Shown in pieces: positions 1 to 11,588 of a stretch of DNA of 64,000 bases (position 1 is the first letter of the stretch; the number at the start of each line of letters is the position of its first letter). Origin of the DNA: Carcharhinus longimanus (taxonomy: Eukaryota). Position numbers and translations under genes: made by a program. The DNA lies in NCBI GenBank assembly GCA_030264375.1, contig JASCQW010000132.1, positions 78,404,844 to 78,468,843 on the forward strand, given 5' to 3'. Under the pieces are notes generated by a model. It saw only the letters and a program-made list of their open reading frames with translations. It made no database searches and was not told where the DNA came from.

Positions 1-350
1 AGCACCGATCCCTGCGGCACGCCACTAGTCACTGATTGCCAACTGGAAAAGCACCCATTTATTCTGACTCTCTGCTTTCTGTTAGATAGCCAATCCTCAA
101 TCCACGCTAACACTTTACCCCCAACTCCGTGTACCTTTATCTTGTGCAGCAACCTTTTGTGAGGCACCTTACTGAATGCCTTCTGGAAATCTAAATATAC
201 CACATCCACCGGTTCCCCATCAACCACACTCGTTGTAGCTTCATAAAAATCCAGTAAGTTCATCAAACATGACTTTTCCTTCATGAATCCATGCTGCATC
301 TGCTTGATTGAACCATTCTTTTCCAGGTGTCCTGCTATTTCTTCCTTATT
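1..350 (-). mobile_element. CR1 LINE reverse-transcriptase fragment
   Basis: The minus strand encodes QHGFMKEKSCL..., YLDFQKAF.KVPH.RL and WQSVTSGVPQGSV; truncated by the window edge. Confidence 0.85.
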
Positions 351-787
351 GAAGAATGAAAGAAACAGCAATGAGGTGCTGCCTCCAAGTTAGCCTTACC
401 ATTCCTTTTCAATGCATGGACTTTGAGCCTTTATTTTCAAATTCTAATTTAATTTTGTGCATTTCTCTGTCACATTCTGTTCTTCCTCTTTCGAATTCAA
501 GGCTGCAATTTTTTGAGATCCTGATTAGCCCACTAATTTGTTCCAGTCCCTGTAGAGGCTCCCCACAAGTTAAGTGGGAAGAAAACTACAGTAAAAGTCT
601 TTGTTTCTTTAAAAGTAACTTTTCCTGTAACAGACCAACTGAATTCAATATAATTCACAGATTATTTAACAGATAAGGGAAATTTGAAATAAAAAGGCAA
701 ATTTCACCTGAAGTAGTCGTTACAACAAATATATGCCTGGGATTGCTTCCTGCACAAATGTGGAAGATTGTCCAATCTCATCTATGG

Positions 788-1030
788 CTGGGACTCTCCT
801 GTCCCACTGTTGTGAATTAAGATTTGATTGAGCACCAAATTCTCTATTCTTGCTAGTGTACGAGACTGGAGATTTCCAGCTGTTGAAACATAAGGTGAGA
901 TTTTCTGGTCCCACCTGTTGCAGAAATTGTCATGGGCAGGATGGAAAATTTGATGGGCCAGCAAAAGATCAGTTGACTTTGAGCAGGACCTTTCAGTCCT
1001 GAGGGGGCCAGGACTGGAAAATCTGGCCCA
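788..1030. mobile_element. Two adjacent short TIR-bounded (MITE-like) repeats
   Basis: gctgggactctcc...ggagatttccagc (788-880), then a second unit ending ggaaaatctggccc (about 1029). Same terminus type as 2490-2617, 27670-27853 and 53111-53247. Confidence 0.55.
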
Positions 1031-1404
1031 TAGCCTCAAATCTATTTTTAAAAGCCTTGTTTTCAACCCATGGTCTATTCTGAAACTGTCAAACAGAAAA
1101 CTGGTCAACTTGGAGGGAAACCTGCTTGGGGGTTTTTCCTTTACGCAAATTCTCAGTGTGTTTTGAACAGCCAAACAGAAAGCATGGGCTGGCCCAACAC
1201 ACTGTTAACTTTCTGTTTACGCTTTGCTTCTTAGCTGCTCATAACTGTGGCAACCTCAAATCACATGGGCATTTCTCAGAGCCTAATGATGTAATAATGA
1301 AGAAACCTTTTTTCAGAATAGCCCCCAGTCCACTTAGTCTTAAAGGGGCATCACACAAAAAATAAAATACATACTTTCCAAAGCACATGGATTATCACCA
1401 TCTA

Positions 1405-1610
1405 TAATCTTTGGAATTTTCTACTTCTGAGAGCGGTAAAGGCTGAGTGATAAAATATATTCAAGACTGAGTTAGACAAATGTTTAAACTATAAGGACAT
1501 CGAGTGATATGGGAGACAGACAGGAGACTGAAGCTAAAGTCATGATCTTGTTGAATGGCAATCAGTCTCAGGGATGAAATGACCTATTTTTATATTCTAT
1601 GTTCTTATGC
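1405..1610 (+). mobile_element. Decayed CR1 3' end
   Basis: Remnant of ...WN.LP..V.A....FK.ELD..L followed by a tail ending ctatgttcttatg. Confidence 0.65.
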
Positions 1611-2065
1611 CCTCAGGGAATATATTGTCCCTGCATGCCCTTATTGTCTGCAGTTTGATATACAGGGATGCTTCATTGAGACTACATCACTCAAGTTGAT
1701 GTCTCTCTATTGCTAGTTGTAGAATGTTTCCTTTCTATCCCTTGCTGGGGTCCCTTTAAATACTGAGGCTTCAACAGTCAGGTGCAAGTTGTGATCATGC
1801 CTGCCAACTCAGATTGATCATGCAACCTGGAAGTGTGATACTAGTGCTGAGTTAAAGAGCCACAGGGAAACCACTTCATTTCCTTTTGGTTTGCTGGCCT
1901 GTTGTTGGCCACCCCCACTGCGGGTGGGCACAAATAAAGCCCAATGAATCAAGGATACTTGGCCCCATAGCTGAGGAAACTACTTTATTAATATTTTTTT
2001 CATCCAATTATCCTGAGCAATTGGATTGCCTTTGAGAAATGATGTCACTTTATTAGAATCATAGA

Positions 2066-2295
2066 ATCATGCAGCACAGACGATGCCCTTCAGCCCATCG
2101 AGTTTGCGTCGACACAATAGAAACACCCGAACTCCCCCCTAATCCCATCTGCCAGCACTTGGCCCTAAGCCCTGAATGTTATGACGTGCCAAGTGCTCAT
2201 CCAGGTACTTTTTAAAGAATGTGAGGCAATCCGTCTCTACCATCCTCTCAGGTAGCGTACTCCAGACCGTTGCCACCATCTGGGTGAAAAAGTAT
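2066..2295 (-). mobile_element. CR1 3' end
   Basis: agaatcatagaatcat terminal microsatellite, a gcccttcagccc hairpin and an ORF2 C-terminal remnant on the minus strand. Confidence 0.75.
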
Positions 2296-2489
2296 TACGT
2301 GGTATAATTGGAATTTCTCTTACAAAATGGGAATAATGTTAACTTCTGGGTAATTATATAAAATGGACAATGACAGATTGACCACCCATTATTCACTCCT
2401 CTTTTCTTTCCTTTGAAGTTAAAGCTTAAAATTAGCCCAAATATTTCACTAGATAGAGGTATAATATCACTGTTAGTTTTTAGTTATAA

Positions 2490-2618
2490 TGGGTAGGATT
2501 TTCCAACCCCGCCCACCACCAGGATTGTCCATCCCACTGAAAGTCAATGGATCTTTGGCAGGCCTGCCGCATCCCCCATGGCTGATCTCACCATGGCAAG
2601 ACCAGACAATCTCAGCCA
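2490..2618. mobile_element. Short TIR-bounded (MITE-like) repeat
   Basis: Termini gggtaggattttcc ... gacaatctcagcc; internal aaagtcaatgga is the reverse complement of a motif in the copy near 970. Confidence 0.5.
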
Positions 2619-3191
2619 AGGTTTGGAAAAGCTTGCTTTGTGATTGCTGTTTGGAGCATGCCGATATCTAAGTATTAATACCAACCAATAACCTGTCTAT
2701 GACTCTTAGAATTTAGATTGTAACTGCTCGTTGTTTTTTATTATATTGCAGTTGAGTCTGGTCCAGTTCTGTCTCACACATACTTTCCAGTAACTAGCAA
2801 TGATCCTTGTTTGTGCAATTTAATAATGTTTTAAATATTACTGAGTTTATAAATGCTTCTTGATGAGAAACAGACATGTGTCCTTAAAGTGGGAACACCG
2901 CTGATTTTTTTCCCCTCATTAATCCAATGGTGCCAGCTGCGTTCAGTTACCTCAGCACAACCAAGGATGAAGCCTGGGCCTTGCTGCCCTGTATGGTTCA
3001 GTTCCAGCACCACACAACATGAGACATATTTTCACTGAGCAATTGAGGCAGCAGTCATACTTCTTTTAAATGGGGAAGCTGAATGTTATGGATTACTGGC
3101 CTTAGGTGTCTAAAAGATATAGCCTGAACATTTATTTGAAATTGGTGTTTGTGCCGATACGTCACTGCTCAGTAAGTCACTCTTGCCTTTT

Positions 3192-3541
3192 GAATCATAG
3201 AATCATTGAACCCTACAGTGCAGAAAGAGGCCCTTTGGCCCATCAAGTCTGCACCAAACACAATCCCACCCAAGTCCTACTCCCATATCCCTCCATATTT
3301 TACCCACTAATCCCTCTAACCTACGCATCCCAGGACACCAAGGGGCAATTTTTTTAGTATGGCCAATCAACCTAACCCGCACATCTTTAGACTGTGGGAG
3401 GAAACCAGAGTAGCCGGAGGAAACCCACGCAGACATGAGGAGAATGTGCAAACTCCACACAGACAGTGACCTGAGCCGGGAATTGAACCCAGGTCCCTGG
3501 AACTGTGAAGCAGCAGTGCTAACTACTGTGCTACCATGCCG
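3192..3541 (-). mobile_element. Full-length HE1/V-SINE-type tRNA-derived SINE
   Basis: The minus strand has a tRNA-like head (A/B boxes), the V-domain tgtgtggagtttgcacattctcc...gggtttcctcc and a CR1-like tail ending ttctatgattc. Confidence 0.9.
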
Positions 3542-4950
3542 ATTAATAGGATATCGGATATGTGAAACTCATTGGCTTCAATGCGGCACAAAATTATCCC
3601 TGATTCTGAACAACGACTGCAAAGCAAGTTGAGATAAGAGAATGCTCACATGAACCATGTGCCACCATAGGTAAACTAAGGGCAATGACTAATTGAAAGA
3701 CATTGGGACTGGAACCATCTTGGCAACCAAGTTTCTTTTCTTATTGCTTCATTCTTTTATAACCTAATTGTGTATGGCAGAGCAGTAAAATCGACTCTTG
3801 ACGAAAGTATGCAAGAATTATTGGATTTTTACAGTAACTTCTGGAATTCATTGCTCCTGGTGCAATATGCTTTGTGTAATATAAAGTTATAACAATTTAC
3901 AAGCAACTTAATTCCCTTCAAAAGCTGTTATTGATTTACCTTAACCACGTGCTCTACAGATCTGTTTCAAGAAATTTGTAAACAAAGATTATACTAGCAC
4001 CATCTTGGAATAGGAAATCATCTGATTCCACATTGTTCAAGAGTTCAATCTTATTGAAAGTATCATCCCAGCTTTAACATTTTCAACAGTATGAATGGTG
4101 ATTATATATGTTAAAGTCTATGCCAAAACCTAATTGCTTATTTTTATTGAATGAGAAGTGCTCTATATTATGCATTCTTGGCACTTTCATAGAGTGAAGT
4201 GCACGCTTAAATGGGTAAATTAATAGTATATAATAAATTCTTAAATTAATGTATAAATGGACTAAAGACCTTATGTAGCTGTGAAGTACTCTAATCATGC
4301 AATACACTTCAAGCTTCTGTTGGCATGGTGTTTGGTTTCCCTCTACTTCAGGATACGATATCTTTCTATATAAATCTATTTTCAATTTCAACTTACATTA
4401 GTCCTATTGTACTGCTTCTGGCTCTGTGATTGGGAGGACAAGGCTTCACAGGATTGGGATTACCTGATTTTATAAACTGAGCTCCAAAAGAGAAAAGCAT
4501 ATCTCTGAAAAAAAACTTAAATTCTTAGACTACATTCAATCAAACAGCAACACATTAATGTCCTGCGTTATTAAAGAGGGTTTGAACTATGATAAATTTC
4601 CACTTTATAACATGACATCCAGCGTGTCATAATGTTAAGTTTTAATGTTGACATTTTTGTGAATTATCTGAACATTCCTTTTTTTTAATATACAATTTAA
4701 ATGTTACACAGCCGTAGTATATTTGATACAAAGAGTACTGTCTCAAAAAAATAATCAGGAGGATCAAGACATTTCCCATACTAAATGGCTGTAGTGACTG
4801 ACAGTGTGAGAACATCTGTTGAAGGGATTTATCGACCGGGCCTCAGGTCTTCACTGTGTTTATTATGGTTCTGACCGAATGAACTTAATTTGTTGACATG
4901 TTTCTCCAAGTGTCTTATTTGATCCCTCTCACATTTCTTCCTACTGTGTT

Positions 4951-4964
4951 GTTTCCATGGTAAC
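4951..4964. promoter_or_regulatory. RFX X-box-like palindrome GTTTCCATGGTAAC overlapping the 3' splice site
   Basis: Fits GTTNCCATGGNAAC; motif match only. Confidence 0.4.
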
Positions 4965-4966
4965 AG

Positions 4967-5144
4967 CAGCTCCTGGATCATCAGCGTGTCCACCAACTTC
5001 GACTGTACCAAGCTCAGATGGCTATGGTTGGCATGACAGGATTAGACAAACACAGGCCTGTTTCCAGGACACAGTCGTCTCCTGCTGCTTCCACATTACC
5101 ACATCCTTCTACGGACCATCCCATCAGGCACGTCTATACCACTG
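4967..5144 (+). CDS. HDAC9: Class IIa histone deacetylase (HDAC9) coding exon, 178 nt: QLLDHQRVHQLRLYQAQMAMVGMTGLDKHRPVSRTQSSPAASTLPHPSTDHPIRHVYTT(G)
   Basis: Pyrimidine tract then ...taacag| acceptor; donor g|gtagga at 5145. Open frame, phase 0 to 1. The peptide resembles HDAC9 VGMDGLEKHRLVSRTHSSPAASVLPHP as recalled and contains an RxxSxP 14-3-3-type motif. Confidence 0.9.
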
Positions 5145-5448
5145 GTAGGAGCCCCAAAGGAATTCTTTAATAGACGCTCTCAATTCAGTATGCTTAGGAG
5201 CTCAACAAATTCCAATGCTGTAATTGCCACAAATTGCACTTTTGTTATACTTCTGTTACTTCTTGTTTTATTTGTTGTTTGATGTCACGTAAATCCTCAA
5301 TTATTTGCAGTCAGTGACCAGCCGACTCATCAGTCCTACTTTGCTCTACACTCATTTTTTTAATCTTACCTGCACATTGACCAACCAATTTCAAGTTAAA
5401 AGCAGCCTAAAACTCATTCTATCAAAATACTACTGCCACTAGATCCTA

Positions 5449-6258
5449 GGGGCGATTCTCCCAAAAATAATTCTAAGTGCCGAATTCATGTAAAAACTGG
5501 AGTAAATCCTGCTGTTTTTTTTCAGCAGGAATTTCAAAGTGAATCTTGCACACTCTGTGCATCACAGAGAGCCCTAGCGTGAATCACACTGAAAATCAGT
5601 GGTCAGGGCCTATTCCGGCTAGAGAGGCCAGCAGCATAGTGCTGAGCAGGCCACTGCGCATGCACTAATCTGTCAGTGCCGAGATCTGTTTTGCTGGTCT
5701 CCTGATCGCAGGCAAGCTCGATTGCTGGCCAGGCCCGCAACCCCTCATCACTGGCCATACAATTCCCCCACCCTGCCTGGCCTGATTGTTGGCCCCTCAA
5801 ACATGTCTGGGCCAGTCTCAACACACCCCTCCCTGAGCCCCGATGTCAGTCCCCCCCACCGGCAGTCCTGACACCCCCTAGCAGACTGAAGCCATCCCAC
5901 CCAATACCCAGTACCCATCATTGGTCTCCCTCTCTCTATCACTCAGCCCGAGTGCAAAGTGGTAATAGGACCCCCACCGATCTCTCCCAGAGGCCCCGTT
6001 CCCCATTAGACCCTGCCTCCTTGGCACTACCTGATGCCTGGAGATTTCAGTCCTGGGCCCTCTAGTGACGTTAAAAAATTAGAATTTGAATTTATTCAGC
6101 TCCATATCAATTCCTGGCACGGAGCTGATGGTTCCAGAAATCTACCTGCCAGAGACTCGTGGAGGCCGTGGCGCCCAGTGGGAGCCCGTGAAATGGCCTC
6201 CGTTTGAGTCTCCTGGCCCGCTGTCCTACAAAAGCAGCACAGCAGGGAGAATTGCCTC
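5449..6258. mobile_element. About 810-bp non-autonomous TIR element
   Basis: ggggcgattctccc at the left end and gggagaattgcctc at the right end (12/14 inverted match). GC-rich interior related to 20201-21481 in the opposite orientation. Confidence 0.7.
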
Positions 6259-9200
6259 CATTGTATTTGACTATGCAGGTTCTGTTGTACACTAGAGGGC
6301 TGCAGCTAAACAAATACCCAGCTGTTGCTTTATACTTTAACCAGTTCCTAGTCTAGCAAGTCATTCACCTACTGTATTTATATCACTGATGAATCTCTTT
6401 ATCCTTGTGCTTTTGCCCTTTTTCTCCCCCATTAAGTTTAGCTGATACAGAGAATGTTAGCATACGGAAAGAAACTCAAGTGTGCAAACTCAGCTCATAA
6501 AGAACACTGCTTTCTTCAAAATAGCAAAGCAAAAGTATAAAATAGAAGCATAAAGATTGGATAGCTGCATATTCACAAAATTGTAATAGAAAACTCTCTG
6601 GCCCACATTACCTGTAACCAATAGTCATGTAGAAAATCATAACCTAAACTACTCTGACAAATTTATCAGCAATTTCTGGGGAAAGAAAAAGACAAGTGGT
6701 TTTTATGTCATGTTGTTTTGAAAGATTAAACAGAATAGGTTCACATTAAGTGAGATATAAATAAATTAAAAGATCACTTTAATTTAATTCAAACAATGTC
6801 AATAATTGCTACAACGGCTGAATGGGGAAATCCATCAAATCTGCAGTCATTTTGCTAGAGGGCATTCATGGGTATTTTTTTAAAAAAACACATGTTACTT
6901 CTTAGAACCTGCCTTTTTATTTTGTATTTTGCATTTAAAACTGCAAAAGTTATTCTCTGCAACCTTCCAGCAATTAATGTTTTAAAATACAGTTAAAGAA
7001 ATGTACAGAAAGTAGGAAATGCATAACTCTGTATTCAGAAAATAAACAGCAAGTTGTAATTTTGATCTACATTTGCTTTTGGAGCTCTGTCCTTAAAAGG
7101 TTATTAAAGGAATAGCATTTGTATGATTTGCTGATTTTCTAAACTAACTGACAAAGAACTTTTTACAGTTTTTAATCTTACATAACTCGTTGAGTTCAAT
7201 TTAATATTTGCTGCAGCACTGTACTTTTTGTCACGACTAAAAATTATGTCGAGCTGTTATGGAAATTCACAGTCTAATATTAAGTTGCATTGAATTTGTG
7301 TACTGTAAAACATTCTGTTGGACCAATGTAGTGCTCACAAACATTTGATGTAAGTGATAAATTAGTCACAAAGTTATGGCTAAATGTGTTATTCACTATA
7401 AAGAAGAGGAAAGCTTCCATTGAGGGGGCTTCTCCTCTATTCTTATAGACTCCTTTTTGAAGTCTTAAAATAACAAAAAAGTGCTTTTAAGTCTGAGAGA
7501 GGACAACATCCTCCAGCTTTATTTTCTGGATTTATGGTGAGGTGAAAATGTCTAAAATAAGAATAAAACATTTTGGAAATGGTGCCAACATTAATAACTT
7601 GTTCCAGGAGGCATTGCCTGTCCCGTTATTACTGCTTGTGAGCAGTCAGTGATTTCATTTCATTTGTAGTTAACATCGGAGTTTGTTCTTTTGCTGTCAT
7701 TCTTTACATGGGGCAAAGTTTCCATACCAGCTTTCCTGATCTCTTGCCAAAACCCGGGTAAAAGAACAGCAGAAACTCTGGAGAAATGTTGCACATAGTT
7801 AAAACACGACCAATTACACTTCTCTGAAATCTTTGTGAATCAAGTTACAGGGGGTGTCCTGGATAATCCCACGGAAATTAAACCCCAATGTATATCGACC
7901 TAAACAATAAGAGAAAACATTGCAATACACAGCAACAAATCAGCATCTCGATTAAGACGATACAGCGTCAAGTAGAAAACCTTGGAATTCTCAATTTCTT
8001 TTTTATAGATACATACTTGTCATCTATTTCCAACAGTTTTACATTTCCATTATTTACATGTTTTCCTTTGCACTTCTGATGTAAATTTGTGGACCCGTAT
8101 TTTTGCACCAGTGCTAGCGATTGGTAGGAATTGTGAGTGGAGAGGGGGTGGGGGTTTGTGAAGAAGAGGGAATGTCATGCTTCAAACTGACAAATGGGGA
8201 TTAAATTGTGTCCAAGGGATCTGATGCGTGGAATATTTCATCAGTTGAGGCAATAAGCTAACCAAAGTTGATAAATTACTTTTATTCTTTGCCCTTTTAG
8301 ATAATGTCAAACTTTAAAAGAAGTCTGTATTATTTTAAAATGTAAAATTTTTATTTTTTTGTTTTTTAATAACAGCTTCTGGCTGCTAGCTTTAGAGTTC
8401 TAATGATAAGTGATGTACATTTTAACCACTTTGCTGCAGAAGTCGTAAGAATTCAAGCAAATTGTAATGATGTGTTGAAAAATTAATAAAAATTTAAATC
8501 CTTAATATATGTATTTTTTTATTTGTGTTATTCCCACAATCTTAAATACAGCATTCAAATTGCAATGTAATCAATTTCAAGGTAACTTGCGTTTTGAAAA
8601 TTTTGTAAAATTGTTTTGAAGTTATAGATCTACTATAATGTAAGGGTGAAAGTATCAGATCTTGCAGTATTTTTTTCTTAGAAATATAAAATAATGTTAT
8701 GGATTTATTAAAATGATACAGTGCCTTAAATCCTCCTGCTCATCCTGTAGCAGGATTGGTTCATCCAGCAGGAATTGGGAGCATTCAGTTGCCTATGGAA
8801 AATGTAAACCAAAACACATTGAACTTGTAACTGATTAATAATTCTTTAGTAGGTTCCTAATCTATTATTGACAACCAAACATCCTTTTCAGTAAAGGTCC
8901 TCAACAAAATATAATGGCTACACCCAAATTATGTAATAACCACAGTGAATCTGTTTCTGGCTAACAAGTATTTTGTCCAATGGAGGTTATACATTGGACA
9001 GATTGAAAACGCAGCAATGTGTTCTTTCCTGACTCCCATTATACCTAGCATTTATACTGGAACATTTGCAAGCAAAGGGCTCTACATTTCATCTCTCCCA
9101 CTCTTAATTTTGGCTTTTTATGTGGAGTGGCGTCAAAACAAGAGCAATTTAAAAAATTTCTGCGTGGCATTTACCCTTCTATTAAATTGTCCGTAGCATG

Positions 9201-11454
9201 AAGTGACTCTGTTAAGTCATGATTATCAGTTAATGAAATAGCTCTCTCACATTGGGAATGCACAAAGGCACTGACAGTCATTCTCATTCACCTATCCTGT
9301 CCAATCACTCTGTCAACAGATCACTAGTAGACAGAGGCCATTCTATTTGTCGGAGAGAGGCTGTCATGGTGAACAAGAAATTGCAGCATATCAGGGAGGC
9401 CCCACAGGATAACGGGTATTACTTTAGGGCCGTGTTCACAAAGCTTTTTCCAATCTGTTAATTTGCAGCTTTCTGTTATTTTCTTGCCTATTGGTGAACT
9501 TCTCTGCAAATGCATTACAAATGACTAATTGCTGACAAATGACTGAAAATGGTGTTTTAGCAAGTCAGTAAAATTCTTGTTAGCAGGAACTCAGTTTGAC
9601 CAATAAAGTTATCTACCTCAACTGTAAGGAAATAGCACATCCCAAACATGTTAGGAACCTTATTTAAGATACATGATCCTTACATATGTACAAATCCTCT
9701 TAAAACTACATAAACAATAAAAATGATGTCAGCTTTATTGAAGATCTGATAAAAACTCAGTCACCCTGAAGAAAACCCCATGAGGCAGTAACATTAGAGG
9801 TTGCAGTATTGTTGCAAGTACCTTGAGAGACCTGGAAGCGTATTAAAAACAATGTCAAATAAACATAATGACATGGGCTCCGCTATTTGCGGGGAGGAAG
9901 TTGGGAAACATGTAAGTGGGGAGGTTGGGGTAGTCCAGAAATGCTGGAAACATTGGAAACATGGAATTTAATGATTCCTGGGAACCCAGATTGTGTCTGA
10001 TAATTTCAAATGATTCCCAATGATGGAGCATCATTTAAACATTACAATCCCACCTCGTGCAGATTACTTGGATGCTACAAACCCATTGTGGTTAAACTGA
10101 AGTGGACGCATTCATTTTGGGCTGGGATCAGGTTTCACATTTCTGCTATTTTAACCCCAACCTAGACCTTCTCTTGTCCATATGAGGAGCAGGTAGGAGG
10201 ATGTGGGGGTGTTAATATTACCCCCAAAGAAACATGAATGGATTATTTCTTTAGCTGAACTGAGCCACCTCCAGTTTGAGTTTAACAAAAGCTAGCACAG
10301 AAACCCAATGGGGCAAAATGTAAACAAATATAAATTAAATGCAGACCATGGTAAAATGATGAATGGCATTTGGAGTACTCTTGATAACTAGTTATCTTGT
10401 TGCTGGTTTTTGATCCCAGCAAGATTGAGGTCTGAATGTCATTTTTAACCTAATTATTTTTAGATCCACATGCACCTTTTAATAACTATTGAGGTCTCTG
10501 TGTATAATGGGAGATTTAGATCTTTTTGTCGATACTACATTTGTGTACCAGCATTTTGGATTATCAAGCCAAACATTTGCATGTTTTATTTGCATCTGAC
10601 TTCTGTAGATGAAAGAGACTATCTGAAAGGTACGTGTTTCTTGCAACTATGTTTTGATGTTGTATCAATATTTTTATGCAACTCATCTGGTTTATTTGAT
10701 ATATATGGCAGCTCAGTGGGTAAGCTACCCCTTGAGACTTTAAGTCGATATCACCAGTTTCTGTTCCTAGAGGAGCCTAGCTCATTAAGGCTTTTGTTTC
10801 CATGGTAGTTAGGTCTATGTAGATGACATATATATTTCTAGAAATGCCTGAAACTCCCCTATCAACCTGTTTGTATCCATGTTTTCTGCTGGATGTAATA
10901 ACAATCTCACAAGTCATTCAATTTATTCTTGGACACAGCCTACCAAAAGTACTGAAGATAACTATACAGTAGACTGTCATCATACTACAATTACCAGGAA
11001 CATTGAAATAGTTGGAATGTCCTCATGGTGGTATTACTAGAAGATACTTACAATTTTAGATTAGTTCAGATTTCTTCTTCATGAAGGGTTTTGATATAGT
11101 GAGAGCTACAGGGTTTTAAGTTTGTATTTCCTTCTGAAAATTACAATTTCTTTATTCCTGTTTATTCCTTTGGCAAGTTTGTAACCCAAATAAATCTTGT
11201 TTATTTTACAAAGCACCAGCAACAGTGCTATTTGAAATGTAAATTTAAACAATGCATGAGTAAATTAACTTTAAAAAAAACATAAAGTGTATAATGTTAA
11301 TAAAATTCTACTTACCACTGCAGCAAAGTGAAAAATCTTCATCCAAATTGTTCTAAATTGGTCTTCTTTTATGTTATGTCATTTTTTGCAACATGAATAC
11401 AATGCTTAATATTAAAAGTCCACTCTTTATCCCTTTGCTATTCTCTTACTGCAG

Positions 11455-11588
11455 GAGTAGTCTATGACACCATCATGCTTAAACACCAGTGCATCTGTGG
11501 TAACCATAGCAATCACCCTGAGCATGCTGGGAGGATACAGAGCATCTGGTCAAGGTTTCAGGAAACGGGAATGCTCAGCACTTGTGAG
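11455..11588 (+). CDS. HDAC9: HDAC9 coding exon, 134 nt, start of the deacetylase domain: (G)[44 protein letters not shown]
   Basis: Acceptor ttctcttactgcag|, donor gag|gtgagg. Phase 1 to 0 matches both neighbours. Contains the class IIa signature KHQCx[16 protein letters not shown]. Confidence 0.96.

Noticed and set aside
3480-3541. tRNA-like sequences at SINE heads (also 25847, 36036, 39480, 58310)
   Set aside because: Each is attached to a SINE body and tail and lacks a full cloverleaf; they are not tRNA genes.
6287-6304. CTCF-like words (acactagagggctg; also about 6852, 12716 and 37643)
   Set aside because: Partial matches only, at a rate expected by chance in 64 kb.
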